From contig CBDCWP010000013.1 in NCBI GenBank assembly GCA_965223505.1, forward strand, positions 160,001-224,000: a stretch of DNA of 64,000 bases. Direction: 5' to 3'. Both the position numbers and the translations under genes were made by a program. Origin of the DNA: Planctomycetota bacterium. GTDB taxonomy: Bacteria > Planctomycetota > PLA2 > JAEUHO01. The notes below the pieces were generated by a model, which did not search any database, was not told where the DNA came from, and worked only from the letters and a program-made list of their open reading frames with translations. Numbering within the stretch: position 1 is the first letter of the stretch; every line of letters starts with the position of its first letter. Positions 39,469 to 49,348 of the stretch are shown one piece after another.

Positions 39469-40305
39469 TTAAAACGGCGCATCGCCCTTAATGGTAATCC
39501 GGTGTAAGTTGCGAACGCTATCGCCGTAATCGTGCACGGCGTAGTGCATGGTGCAGCGATTGTCCCACATCACCACATCGCCCTCTCGCCACATGTGGCG
39601 GTAACAGCGATCCGGGCTGACTGCGTGTTGGTAGAGAAAGTCGAGCAAGGGACGGCTCTCAGCCTCCGTCATGCCTTCAAAGTGAGGCACGGTATCGCCC
39701 GGATTCCCAAGAAATAACGCTTTGCGGCCAGTTTCGGGGTGAGTGCGGACCACCGGGTGATAGGCGTAGGGGACTTCGCCCTCATGACCATAGAGCTTGG
39801 CCAGGCGCAGGCCCTGAAATTTGGCGCGCAGGCCGTGGAGCAACTGTTTCATCCCGTCCGACAAGGCTTCATAGGCCAAATACTGGTTGCTCCACATGGT
39901 GTCGCCGCCTGAAGCTGGCATGTCGCGGGCCACGAGAATGGTCAGGGCGGGCGGTGCGGCCATGAAAGTCGAGTCATAGTGCCAATTCTCGGTTACCGAC
40001 TGCGCCTTACCCCGATTGCGGAGCTGCAACACCCCGTCATAGCCATCGATATAAGGCGCCATCGGGGTAATGGAAATCTCGCCCCAACGTTTTGCGAACG
40101 CGATGTGCGCCTCAATACTAATGGCCTGATGTCGAAAGACCAGCATCCCGTGCGTCAAAAAAGCAGCATGAATATCGGTGAATTGGGCATCCGTGAGGTG
40201 ATTCAAATCAACGCCATCGACACGAGCCCCGATGGCCCCGGTCAGCGGTGTGATGGCGATCTTGCTGCTGGCGGTTTGAGGCTCACTTACCATCGGGCTC
40301 GCCAT
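39469..40305 (-). CDS. TauD/TfdA family 2-oxoglutarate Fe(II) dioxygenase
   Basis: WHYDST (HxD), GGDT, HPVVRTHPETGRK, WDNRCTMH. Confidence 0.92.
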   Translation of the reverse strand: MASPMVSEPQTASSKIAITPLTGAIGARVDGVDLNHLTDAQFTDIHAAFLTHGMLVFRHQAISIEAHIAFAKRWGEISITPMAPYIDGYDGVLQLRNRGKAQSVTENWHYDSTFMAAPPALTILVARDMPASGGDTMWSNQYLAYEALSDGMKQLLHGLRAKFQGLRLAKLYGHEGEVPYAYHPVVRTHPETGRKALFLGNPGDTVPHFEGMTEAESRPLLDFLYQHAVSPDRCYRHMWREGDVVMWDNRCTMHYAVHDYGDSVRNLHRITIKGDAPF

Positions 40306-41174
40306 ATCAATCTCCTTCTATCAAACTAAAATTTGGGCATCACGCGGTCAGCGAAGAGCTTCATGCACGCCATCACCTTATCATGCGCCATGCTGCCAAA
40401 GGAAAAGGACGCGCCGAAGTAGTCGATGCCGTGTCGCTGCTGGAGCGCCTTGATGCGGTCCACGCAGTCCTCCGGAGTGCAGAAGTAGAGGTTGTTCGCC
40501 AATTCCTCGGCGTAACTGGGCGGCGCTTCCGGGCGTATGGTCTTCCAGTGCGCTAGATCGACATTGATCTCGTCGCCCTGGGTAATGCTGCGCCGGTACG
40601 TACTCAGATCGCGAACCCAGGTGAGGGCGGCCTCTGGGTAGCGTTTCGCTTCCGATTCGTCTTCTGACAGCATGAATATCGGTGAATTGGGCATCCGTGA
40701 GGTGATTCAAATCAACGCCATCGACACGAGCCCCGATGGCCCCGGTCAGCGGTGTGATGGCGATCTTGCTGCTGGCGGTTTGAGGCTCACTTACCATCGG
40801 GCTCGCCATATCAATCTCCTTCTATCAAACTAAAATTTGGGCATCACGCGGTCAGCGAAGAGCTTCATGCACGCCATCACCTTATCATGCGCCATGCTGC
40901 CAAAGGAAAAGGACGCGCCGAAGTAGTCGATGCCGTGTCGCTGCTGGAGCGCCTTGATGCGGTCCACGCAGTCCTCCGGAGTGCAGAAGTAGAGGTTGTT
41001 CGCCAATTCCTCGGCGTAACTGGGCGGCGCTTCCGGGCGTATGGTCTTCCAGTGCGCTAGATCGACATTGATCTCGTCGCCCTGGGTAATGCTGCGCCGG
41101 TACGTACTCAGATCGCGAACCCAGGTGAGGGCGGCCTCTGGGTAGCGTTTCGCTTCCGATTCGTCTTCTGACAG
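40164..41174. repeat. 504-bp tandem direct duplication (5' end of tauD, intergenic region, 3' end of the LLM gene)
   Basis: 40164-40667 is repeated at 40668-41171, with CAG microhomology at the junction; copies look identical by eye. Confidence 0.9.
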
Positions 41175-41876
41175 GTAGACAAAGCGGAAGAAGGGCACGT
41201 CGGCCAGCCGGGACGGCTTGCCCGCGGCGGCGCAGCGCTCGTCGTAGAGGCGAATGAGCCCTAGCGTATCGTCTTGAGGCGTGAAGAAACTCGTCAGAAT
41301 GGGAAGGTCGCGGGCAACGGCGACGTCGACGCTGGCGGCGGTGCGCGATACGGCCAGGTGCACCGGCGGATACGGTTTTTGCAACGGTTTGGGCGCAATG
41401 GTCAGCCCGTCTACTTGATAGTACTGCCCGTGGTAGGTGAAGTCCTCGGTCGTCCATAGCCCCAAGATGATGTCCAACACTTCCTGGAAGCGCCTGTCGC
41501 GCGAGTCGAAATCGATCTTAAAATTGCCGTATTCGTAGTCGGCCGATCCTCGGCCGACGCCAAAATCCAGCCGGCCGTTGCTCAGCATGTCCACCATCGC
41601 CGCCTCTTCCGCCAGGCGGATGGGATGGTGGAAGGGCAGCACGCTGACGCCGGCGCCCAGTCGAATGGTCGAGGTCTGGGCGGCGATATGGGACAGGATC
41701 GGCATCAGCGACGGGAAGATGCCGTAACGGCTCGAATGGTGCTCGGCGATCCAGACCGAATGGAAGCCCAGCTCCTCGGCGTATCGAACCTGCTCCAGGG
41801 CCTCGGCGTAGATGCGGCTTTGGTGGGCGGCGTCGTTCTCCGTCCAAGACGCCAGAATAAAAAGCGAGAATTTCAT
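40830..41876 (-). CDS. LLM-class flavin-dependent oxidoreductase
   Basis: AEELGFHSVWIAEHH, HPIRLAEE, SNGRLDFGVGRG, PKPLQKP. Confidence 0.92.
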   Translation of the reverse strand: MKFSLFILASWTENDAAHQSRIYAEALEQVRYAEELGFHSVWIAEHHSSRYGIFPSLMPILSHIAAQTSTIRLGAGVSVLPFHHPIRLAEEAAMVDMLSNGRLDFGVGRGSADYEYGNFKIDFDSRDRRFQEVLDIILGLWTTEDFTYHGQYYQVDGLTIAPKPLQKPYPPVHLAVSRTAASVDVAVARDLPILTSFFTPQDDTLGLIRLYDERCAAAGKPSRLADVPFFRFVYLSEDESEAKRYPEAALTWVRDLSTYRRSITQGDEINVDLAHWKTIRPEAPPSYAEELANNLYFCTPEDCVDRIKALQQRHGIDYFGASFSFGSMAHDKVMACMKLFADRVMPKF

Positions 41877-41936
41877 GACGGATTTTACTCCTTTGAACGC
41901 AAGCGTTTCGTCGACTTGGCAGGCGAGGGCGCGAAC

Positions 41937-42851
41937 TCACGCAAGCTGCTGTTGGCCATACCAATCGATAATTTCGCGGCCGCGCGCCGCCCAAACGCCC
42001 TGGCGCGACATCATGGCCTGCAACGCCTCGTCGAGATAGCGAATGCGAAATGGCTGCCCCATGAGCCATGGATGCACGTGGATGACGAGCAAGCGGCCAT
42101 TGTCGCGCCCATCGTCATAGAGGCGCTCAAACCCTTCTTGCAACAGTTGGCCATAGCGCGGCGTGCGCACGCGCCGCTGCCACAGGGCGTGCGCATCGTC
42201 GAGTTCCAGCATGATGGGCAGGGCGAACAGCTCGCCTTCAGGCGCGCTCATGCGGTAGGGCTGTTCGTCATTGACCCAGTCGCAGACATAGCGCACGCCG
42301 GCTTGGGCCAACAGTTGCGGCGTGCGTTCGGACTCGCCGTACTCCGGCCCCAGCCAGCCGATGGGCGGCTCGCCCGTGGCCTGGCCAATCGTGTCGAGCG
42401 CGCTTTGAATATAGCGCTGCTCATCTGACGCGGTCATGGCGCTGCTCACCAGGCGGGTCGCGGCGGCCCCGTGCGCGATGAACTCGCAGCCACGCTGTCG
42501 GCAGTGCTCGACGAGATAGGGATAGTGCTCGGCGGTGAGGGCGTCGATGGCGATCGTCGGGGCGACGCCGTGCTTTTCCAACACGTCCAAGAGGCGGAAA
42601 ATACCCACCCGGTGGCCGTACTCCCGATGCGTCAAGCGCGAATAATCCGGATAGGGCCGCGGAATCATCCCTGCCGCCTGCGGCGATGCTTGCACACTGT
42701 CCTCCGGCGGCAGCCATTCCGTGTGTTCCAAACTGATGATGACGCACAGGGCCACTCGCGCACCCCCGGGCCAGATCAGGCGGGCGCGATCGCGCATCGG
42801 CGACCAGCTATAATGCGCATGATCCATGCCGTAGCGGCGTTCTGCAGGCAT
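41937..42851 (-). CDS. Polysaccharide deacetylase family protein (PuuE-like)
   Basis: WPGGARVA, EYGHRVG, GWLGP, DWVNDEQP, VHPW. Confidence 0.85.
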   Translation of the reverse strand: MPAERRYGMDHAHYSWSPMRDRARLIWPGGARVALCVIISLEHTEWLPPEDSVQASPQAAGMIPRPYPDYSRLTHREYGHRVGIFRLLDVLEKHGVAPTIAIDALTAEHYPYLVEHCRQRGCEFIAHGAAATRLVSSAMTASDEQRYIQSALDTIGQATGEPPIGWLGPEYGESERTPQLLAQAGVRYVCDWVNDEQPYRMSAPEGELFALPIMLELDDAHALWQRRVRTPRYGQLLQEGFERLYDDGRDNGRLLVIHVHPWLMGQPFRIRYLDEALQAMMSRQGVWAARGREIIDWYGQQQLA

Positions 42852-42865
42852 GACGGGGCCTCCCT

Positions 42866-43774
42866 CTAGGCTTGCAGCTCGGCGGCGTGCGCCACGGCTT
42901 GGTCATAGTAATGCGTCATGTAGTACTCGGCGATCTCATCGGCCGTCGTCTGCCAGACGCCCTCATGCGACATGATGTAGCGCAGGATCTCGTCCAAATA
43001 GCGCACGCGGTGCGGTTGCCCAATGACGAAGGGGTGCAGCGCAATGCACATGACGCGCCCGCTCGCTTCTCCCTCGCGGTAGAGCTGGTCGAATTGATCC
43101 TTGCAAATCTGCACAAAGTCCTCGCCTTCAAAGTGCGTGCGAAACAGGGGAGAGTCATTCAGCTCGATGGAGTAGGGCACCGAGATCAAGCGCCCTGCCT
43201 TCACCCGAATCGGGACTGGCTGATCGTCGTGCAGCCAATCCGTATGGTAGATGAGCCCCGCTTCCGCCATCAAATCCGGCGTGTTCTCGGTCCCAGAGAT
43301 CGCCGGCCCGAGCATGCCCTTTAACGTCTTCCCGGTGTGGCGCTTGAGCGTCGCCATGGTGTCCTGGTAGAACTCGCGCTCCCGCGCTTCCGAGTAGCCG
43401 TAGAGATAACGCGTGTTATAAATCCCATGGCTCATGTAATCCCAATCCCGCTCGACCATGGCCGCCGCAATTTCCGGATAGTGTTCGAGCACCGCCATAT
43501 TAAGCGACACGCAGCACTTGATGGCGTAGGCGTCCAACACCTCCAGCATGCGCCAAAAGCCCACGCGGTTGCCGTAGTCGCGGTAGCTATACTCCCGCAC
43601 ATCGGGATAGGGCATACGGGGCCACGGATTGCGGTGGCCTTCGTAGTCGGGCAGATATTCGTAGTGCTCGACATTCGGCGACACCCAAAACGCCACGCGC
43701 GCGTCGTTGGGCCAGGTCAGACGCGGCCGATCGATAATGGGACTGTAATCGACGCGGTGCGGCGGTAATGACAC
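42866..43774 (-). CDS. Polysaccharide deacetylase family protein (PuuE-like)
   Basis: WPNDARVA, DYGNRVG, MSHG, DDQP, LHPF. Confidence 0.85.
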   Translation of the reverse strand: MSLPPHRVDYSPIIDRPRLTWPNDARVAFWVSPNVEHYEYLPDYEGHRNPWPRMPYPDVREYSYRDYGNRVGFWRMLEVLDAYAIKCCVSLNMAVLEHYPEIAAAMVERDWDYMSHGIYNTRYLYGYSEAREREFYQDTMATLKRHTGKTLKGMLGPAISGTENTPDLMAEAGLIYHTDWLHDDQPVPIRVKAGRLISVPYSIELNDSPLFRTHFEGEDFVQICKDQFDQLYREGEASGRVMCIALHPFVIGQPHRVRYLDEILRYIMSHEGVWQTTADEIAEYYMTHYYDQAVAHAAELQA

Positions 43775-43942
43775 GAGACGGCTCCTCTAATCTCAGAACG
43801 ATCCGATCGATGATGGCCAGGATGGCGTTGCTCGCCTATCGTATCATGCACACGGGTAAAGTTGCACGACTGACGTCTTGGCCATACTCCAGCCACGCGT
43901 GATTACGGAAGTGGCAGCCTGCTGAAATTATGTTGCAAAAGG

Positions 43943-43957
43943 GTATAATAATTATAC
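43943..43957. promoter_or_regulatory. Palindromic operator containing a TATAAT box upstream of the TA operon
   Basis: GTATAAT-A-ATTATAC, with TTGCAA upstream. Confidence 0.6.
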
Positions 43958-43966
43958 AATATTCAC

Positions 43967-44242
43967 ATGCGAATTCGATGGGACGAAACCAAACGACAAC
44001 AAGTTTTAGCGCAGCGTGAGATCGATTTTGCTCGACTCGATGAGTTATTCGAGCTGCCCTACGTAGAAGATCAACGAAACGATGACCCAGAGCAGTATCG
44101 TGTCATTGGTTTTGCCGCTGGGCGTCTCGTTTCATTCATCATTGAATACCGAGCGGATGTGCTTGGCGACTATATCTGGGTGGTCACGGCGTGGCGCGCC
44201 ACCCCACAAGAGGAACATGCTTATGAGCGAGAAGTCTATTAA
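43967..44242 (+). CDS. BrnT family toxin
   Basis: IRWDETK...IDF, YRVIG, VTAWRATPQE. Confidence 0.8.
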   Translation: MRIRWDETKRQQVLAQREIDFARLDELFELPYVEDQRNDDPEQYRVIGFAAGRLVSFIIEYRADVLGDYIWVVTAWRATPQEEHAYEREVY

Positions 44243-44501
44243 CCATTCTGATGCTGAAGATATTGAAACGATTGCGGCCCGCGCAGAGCGCGGAGAGGAT
44301 GTCTCCGCTCACTTCACCAACCGGCACGTGGCCAAACAACGCGTCAACATTGATTTTCCACTGGCGTTGCTGCGCCAAATTGATGCCGAGTGCCAGCGCA
44401 TCGGCGTCACCCGGCAAGCGTGGATCAAGATGGCGTGTGATGAGCGCCTACGCCAGGCGCTCGCGAGCCCACAATCCGATGAAGCCCGCCGAACCGTCTG
44501 A
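44223..44501 (+). CDS. CopG/BrnA-like RHH antitoxin
   Basis: QRVNIDFP..LLRQIDAECQRIGVTRQAWIK; overlaps the toxin stop. Confidence 0.8.
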   Translation: MSEKSINHSDAEDIETIAARAERGEDVSAHFTNRHVAKQRVNIDFPLALLRQIDAECQRIGVTRQAWIKMACDERLRQALASPQSDEARRTV

Positions 44502-44512
44502 GGCCCGCCGAC

Positions 44513-46159
44513 CTACCCGAACGAAAACTTCGAGTACTCCCCTTCGTCGCACGTGATAAACTCCAGCACCGTCGGCCGCCCGGCCTCCGTCGCCGCCAGG
44601 CCGCGCTTGAGCGCCGGGATGATCTCCTGCGGCTCGGTGATTTTCTCGCTGTAGGCGCCCATGGCGTGCGCCACCTCGGAAAATTCGCCGGAGAGCGTCT
44701 TGACGTTGTACTTCTCCAAGGCCACGGGAAAGCGGCTGTTATCGTAAATCGACATGTAGGCGTTATTGATCACGATGGTCAAAATCGGGATGTCGCAGCG
44801 CACCGCGGTTTCGATATCCAATCCGACCGTGCTAAAGGCCAGATCGCCCATCAGGTTGATCACTTGCTTGTGCGGCGCCGCCATCTTGGCGCCCATGGCC
44901 AAGCCCAGGCTGTAGCCCAATTGCGTGGACTTGCCCCAGCCAATAAAACTACGCGGCGCGCGGGCCTCCCAGAAGGGAACCATGTACTCCCTGGCGCTGC
45001 CGGATTCGTGCGTCACGATGGTGTTGTCGAGGTCCACCGTGTGCATCAAATCCCACACCACACGGTAGGGGTTGATCGGCTTGCTCGTCGAGGTCAGCTT
45101 GTGCATCCATTGATCCAGCCACTGCGCCTTGGTCGCCTTAATGTCATCCTGCAGCGCGTGATCGGCAGGACGCGCGCCGCCAGCCTCGTCTTGCAGGGCC
45201 TCCAACAGTTGCCGCAGCGCCAGTTTGGCGTCGCCCACCACCGGATAATCGCAGCGGAATTCCTTGTTGATGGCGTCTTCGTCATTGGTCAGGTGCGCGA
45301 TCGTTTTCCCAGGCGGAATCGGCGCGCCGAAATTGGTGCGGGTAAAGCTGCAGCCCACGCCGAACACCAAATCCGCGCGCGTCAAATAGCGGTGCACGCC
45401 CAGCGTCGTGCTCGGCCCGGCTGCGCCCACGGACAGCGGGTGCGTTTCGGGAAAGGCGCTCTTGCCGGGCAGGGTGGTCATCACCGGGGCCTGTAAAAAC
45501 TCGGCGACCTGCACCAACTCCGGGGTGGCCTCGGCGTACAGTACGCCCTGACCCGCGTGGATGATAGGCCGCTCGGCCGCCAGCAGGGCCTGGGCGGCGC
45601 GGCGCACCAGTTCCGGATCGCCCGCCTGGCGCAGCTTCTGCGGCGGCGTGTAGTCGAGCCCATTGCCAGGCAGCTCCGCCATCGCCACGTCCTGCGGAAT
45701 TTCCAGCAACACCGGCCCCGGCCTGCCGCTGCGCAGCTTGGTGAAAGCGCGTCGCATCAGCTCCGGCACGCGCTCCACCATGTTGATCTCGTCAGCCCAC
45801 TTGGTGATTGTCTCATAGCTGCGCGCCGGGTAAAAGTTGGGGTGCACGCCGCGCCGGGCGCGCGCCATGCCAGCGGGCAGCAGCAGGATCGGCACGGACT
45901 CCGCATACGCCTGCGCCACGCCGCCAAAGCCATTTTCCGCGCCAGGGCCATTCTGCATCATAAAGACGCCGATGCGCTGCCCGTTGTTGATGCGGGAATA
46001 GCCGTCCACCATGTGGATGCCAGTCAGTTCCTGGCGGAAGATGAGGGGCCGGATGTCGGCGATAGCCGCGGCTTCCAGCAAGGGTTGATAGGGCACGCAG
46101 GCGATAAAATCCACCCCTTCCATACGCAAAATATTGGCGATCGCGGTAACGCCGTCCAT
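44513..46159 (-). CDS. Thiamine pyrophosphate-dependent enzyme (acetolactate synthase-like)
   Basis: RQE, GPGAEN, SGRPGPVLLEIP, GDLAF...NN TPP motif. Confidence 0.9.
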   Translation of the reverse strand: MDGVTAIANILRMEGVDFIACVPYQPLLEAAAIADIRPLIFRQELTGIHMVDGYSRINNGQRIGVFMMQNGPGAENGFGGVAQAYAESVPILLLPAGMARARRGVHPNFYPARSYETITKWADEINMVERVPELMRRAFTKLRSGRPGPVLLEIPQDVAMAELPGNGLDYTPPQKLRQAGDPELVRRAAQALLAAERPIIHAGQGVLYAEATPELVQVAEFLQAPVMTTLPGKSAFPETHPLSVGAAGPSTTLGVHRYLTRADLVFGVGCSFTRTNFGAPIPPGKTIAHLTNDEDAINKEFRCDYPVVGDAKLALRQLLEALQDEAGGARPADHALQDDIKATKAQWLDQWMHKLTSTSKPINPYRVVWDLMHTVDLDNTIVTHESGSAREYMVPFWEARAPRSFIGWGKSTQLGYSLGLAMGAKMAAPHKQVINLMGDLAFSTVGLDIETAVRCDIPILTIVINNAYMSIYDNSRFPVALEKYNVKTLSGEFSEVAHAMGAYSEKITEPQEIIPALKRGLAATEAGRPTVLEFITCDEGEYSKFSFG

Positions 46160-46359
46160 ACCAGTTCTCCTCTCTCCTGTTGTGTGTCGTGTGGCGCATA
46201 TCGATGGGCGCATTGTATGAACGAGGCGCCACCCGCGTCAAGCGTCATGCGCGCCGGTTGGCGTCCGCAGGGCTTGACTTTGCCCGCCGAATGGCGGAAA
46301 GTACGGAGAGCGCGACTAAATCTTCTAGCGACGCTGCACTGCAGCGGTGGAGGGCGACT

Positions 46360-47556
46360 ATGCAATTTGGGCTACTTTACGAATGTCAGCGGCCGTTTAA
46401 AGGCACCGAGATCGATTGGAACAAGCTCTACAAAGAGACCCTGGAGCAATGCGAACTGGCCGACAAGGTGGGCTTTGACAACCTGTGGTTCGTCGAGCAC
46501 CACTTCCTCACCGGCTTTTCCGGCTCGCCGAGCCAGGACGCCATGTTCGGCGCCCTGAGCCGCATCACTAAACAAATCCGCATTGGCTATGGCGTCTGCA
46601 TCTTGCCCTATCACCACCCGGTGCGCGTCGCCGAGCGCGTGGCGCTGCTCGACCAACTCACTGATGGCCGCATCGAGCTGGGCACCGGCCGCTCCAACGC
46701 CTACGAGCAAACCGGCCTGGGCTTGGACCCCAGGGACACGCGCAGCTTGTGGGACGAGTCCATCACCATGCTGCCGAAGATCTGGACCTCGGACGAGTTC
46801 GAGTGGAAAGGCAAACACTGGAACGTGCCGAAGCGGCGCGTGCTGCCCAAGCCCTACCAGCAGCCGCACCCGAACATGTACCTGGCCTGCACCTCGCCCG
46901 ATAGCTTCCGCCTGGCCGCGCAAAAGGGCATCGGCGTGTTGTCATCGACGTCGTACGCCGTCAACGTCCTGGCTGACCTGGTGCAAATCTACCGCGACGA
47001 ACTCAAAAACGCCCAACCGGTGGGCGACTTCATCACCAACTTCTGGGGCAACAACGTTCATAGCTTCTGCGATGACGACGACGATTACGCCAAGGACTTG
47101 GCGGCTGAGTCGATGAAGACGTTCTTCGGGCCTGACAAGCCCTATATTCAGGGCCGCATCAACGCCTATGAAGAGCTGATCGAAGCCTGGGGCGGCATTC
47201 CCGACCACTTGCAGGCCGACTTTGGCCGCTGGTTGCGTCAATCCGATGAGGACCACAAAAAACTGGCCACGGAAGTCGGCGTCTCGTTAGATTCCGGCCC
47301 TGGCGCGGCGCGCGCCGCCTTTGCGCAGTTGGACAGCAAGACCCTGGCGGATCGTGGCGTCATCATTGCTGGCAACCCCGAATCCTGCATCAAAACCTGC
47401 ATGATGTACGAAGACATCGGCGTTGACCAAGTGATGCTGATCATGCAGACCGAGACCATTCCGCATGACAAGGTGATGGGCTCGATCGAGAAATTCGGCA
47501 AGGAAGTGATCCCGGCGGTGAAGGCCGCCACCGCCAAGGCGGGCGCCGCTGATTAA
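46360..47556 (+). CDS. LLM-class flavin-dependent oxidoreductase
   Basis: MQFGLLYE, WFVEHH, HPVRVAER, PKPYQQPHP. Confidence 0.9.
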   Translation: MQFGLLYECQRPFKGTEIDWNKLYKETLEQCELADKVGFDNLWFVEHHFLTGFSGSPSQDAMFGALSRITKQIRIGYGVCILPYHHPVRVAERVALLDQLTDGRIELGTGRSNAYEQTGLGLDPRDTRSLWDESITMLPKIWTSDEFEWKGKHWNVPKRRVLPKPYQQPHPNMYLACTSPDSFRLAAQKGIGVLSSTSYAVNVLADLVQIYRDELKNAQPVGDFITNFWGNNVHSFCDDDDDYAKDLAAESMKTFFGPDKPYIQGRINAYEELIEAWGGIPDHLQADFGRWLRQSDEDHKKLATEVGVSLDSGPGAARAAFAQLDSKTLADRGVIIAGNPESCIKTCMMYEDIGVDQVMLIMQTETIPHDKVMGSIEKFGKEVIPAVKAATAKAGAAD

Positions 47557-49220
47557 GATGCTTTCTGCTTGTTGACCTCGCTTGGCTCGCTGTCGTCGGC
47601 GTCGGTAACCCCGACGTCGACGGGGCGGGCTTCGGTTTTAGCTTCCGCAACCGGCGCACTGCGCTGGCTCCACCAACGCCGATTCGCCAAGATCGCGGGC
47701 GTAATGGCCAACGCCGCCAACAGGGTGTTGAGCAAAAAGTAATCGCCCCAAGCTGCAGTGCTGGCCTCCGCCATCAAGCGTTGATGCAGCAACGCCATGC
47801 TCTTCGCGGGCACTAGCGGCGCGATCTCGCCGGACCACATCAAGAACTCCCGCACATGGCCCATGGCCGCCGTCATGGCGGCGTGGTCGGCCGGCGTGTC
47901 GACGGCGTATTGCTGAATGTGATGCTGGAAACGGTAATCCCAGAACACCGCCGACGAGGCCATGCCCACCGTGGCGCCAATGCTGCGCAGCAGGCCCAGG
48001 AGCCCCGCCGCCATCATCACCTGATTGTCGGGCAGGGCGCGCAGCGCAATGAGGTTATTGGGCGAGCCAATCAGGGCCTCACCAGAAAAGCGCAGGCATA
48101 ACAGGCTGATCAAAATCGACGCGGTGGTCAGCTCATTCACCCCGGAGTAGTTCCAAAACGCCCAGCCGTACACCAGCAATCCGATGATGACGAGGATGTG
48201 CGGCGAGATGCGATCGGAAAGGCGTCCCACCAGCAGCACGCCAACGCCGTAGGTGAGGTTCGAGGGCAACTGTGTCCAGGCCACCATGAGCGGAATAAAG
48301 CCGAGCATACGCTGCATCAGCACCTGCATCATCGGGCCAGTGCCGCGAAAGGCGACGGTGGTCAAAAACAGCACGATGGCGGCCATGACAAAGGGCGGCT
48401 GACAAAATAGCCGCAGCTCCACCAGGGGTTCGTCGCTGCGCAATTCGATGATGATGAACACGAGCGTCGCCACCGCGGCAATGGCGAACAGGGTCAAAAT
48501 ATACTGCGAGTCCCAACCCTCACGGTTGCCCTGGCTCAGGGCCAGCATGAGTGTGATGACAGCTACGGCCATGGTCATCAAGCCGTATTGATCCAGGCGG
48601 CGCCGATCCGGTTGCTGCAAGTGCGGCAGCAGGAACCAGGCCGCTGCACACCCCAGGCCGCTCAGGGGCACGACGATGGCGTAGGCCGTGCGCCAGGCGG
48701 CGAATTCGAGCACGTAACCCGCCATAAATGCGCCGATCGAGGGGCCTACGGCCCAGCCGATGAGGGAAAAGGCCAGGGCCATGCCGCGCTGATTGGGCGG
48801 AAAGATCTGGTAGAAAATCGCCATGGTCAGCGGCTGAATGAGTCCCCCGGCCATGCCCGCCAAGACGCGAAATAACAGCAGCGAGCCCCAGTCCCAGGCC
48901 AGCGAGCTACCCAGCCCGCCCAGACAAAACGTCCCCAGGCACAAGATGTACAACAGGCGCGGCCCCAGGCGGCCGCTGAGCCAGCCGAGCATGGGAATCA
49001 TCACCGTGCGCGCCAGGCCAAAGGCGGTGAGCACCCAGTGAATCTGGTACAATTCGACGCGCAGGCTGGTCATAATTTTGGGCAGGGTGTAATTGCTGAC
49101 CGACGCCTCAATGGCGAAAACGATCAGGCCCGTGCCGAGCAAGGCCGTGGTGAGCCAGCGCTCGCGGACGCCGAGATAAGTTGGAGTAGCGGATTCGCTC
49201 ATCGTGGTGTTCAGGCTCAC
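47553..49220 (-). CDS. DHA2 (EmrB/QacA) family MFS transporter
   Basis: Many TM helices, GWLSGRLGPR motif A, IFPPNQRG, PLVELRLF. Confidence 0.88.
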   Translation of the reverse strand: MSLNTTMSESATPTYLGVRERWLTTALLGTGLIVFAIEASVSNYTLPKIMTSLRVELYQIHWVLTAFGLARTVMIPMLGWLSGRLGPRLLYILCLGTFCLGGLGSSLAWDWGSLLLFRVLAGMAGGLIQPLTMAIFYQIFPPNQRGMALAFSLIGWAVGPSIGAFMAGYVLEFAAWRTAYAIVVPLSGLGCAAAWFLLPHLQQPDRRRLDQYGLMTMAVAVITLMLALSQGNREGWDSQYILTLFAIAAVATLVFIIIELRSDEPLVELRLFCQPPFVMAAIVLFLTTVAFRGTGPMMQVLMQRMLGFIPLMVAWTQLPSNLTYGVGVLLVGRLSDRISPHILVIIGLLVYGWAFWNYSGVNELTTASILISLLCLRFSGEALIGSPNNLIALRALPDNQVMMAAGLLGLLRSIGATVGMASSAVFWDYRFQHHIQQYAVDTPADHAAMTAAMGHVREFLMWSGEIAPLVPAKSMALLHQRLMAEASTAAWGDYFLLNTLLAALAITPAILANRRWWSQRSAPVAEAKTEARPVDVGVTDADDSEPSEVNKQKAS

Positions 49221-49348
49221 AGGTAGCGGCGCAACGGTTCATGTCACTTTTGGCAGCGTGACACATCTCTGCCGCGCCTGTCAAGCTTCTGTTATAATCA
49301 ACCCTTTACATACGCCGATTTACAACGGATAACCTTGGAGATTCCACC

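Noticed and set aside
40326..40809. 122-aa and 142-aa ORFs as independent genes
   Set aside because: Both are by-products of the 504-bp duplication
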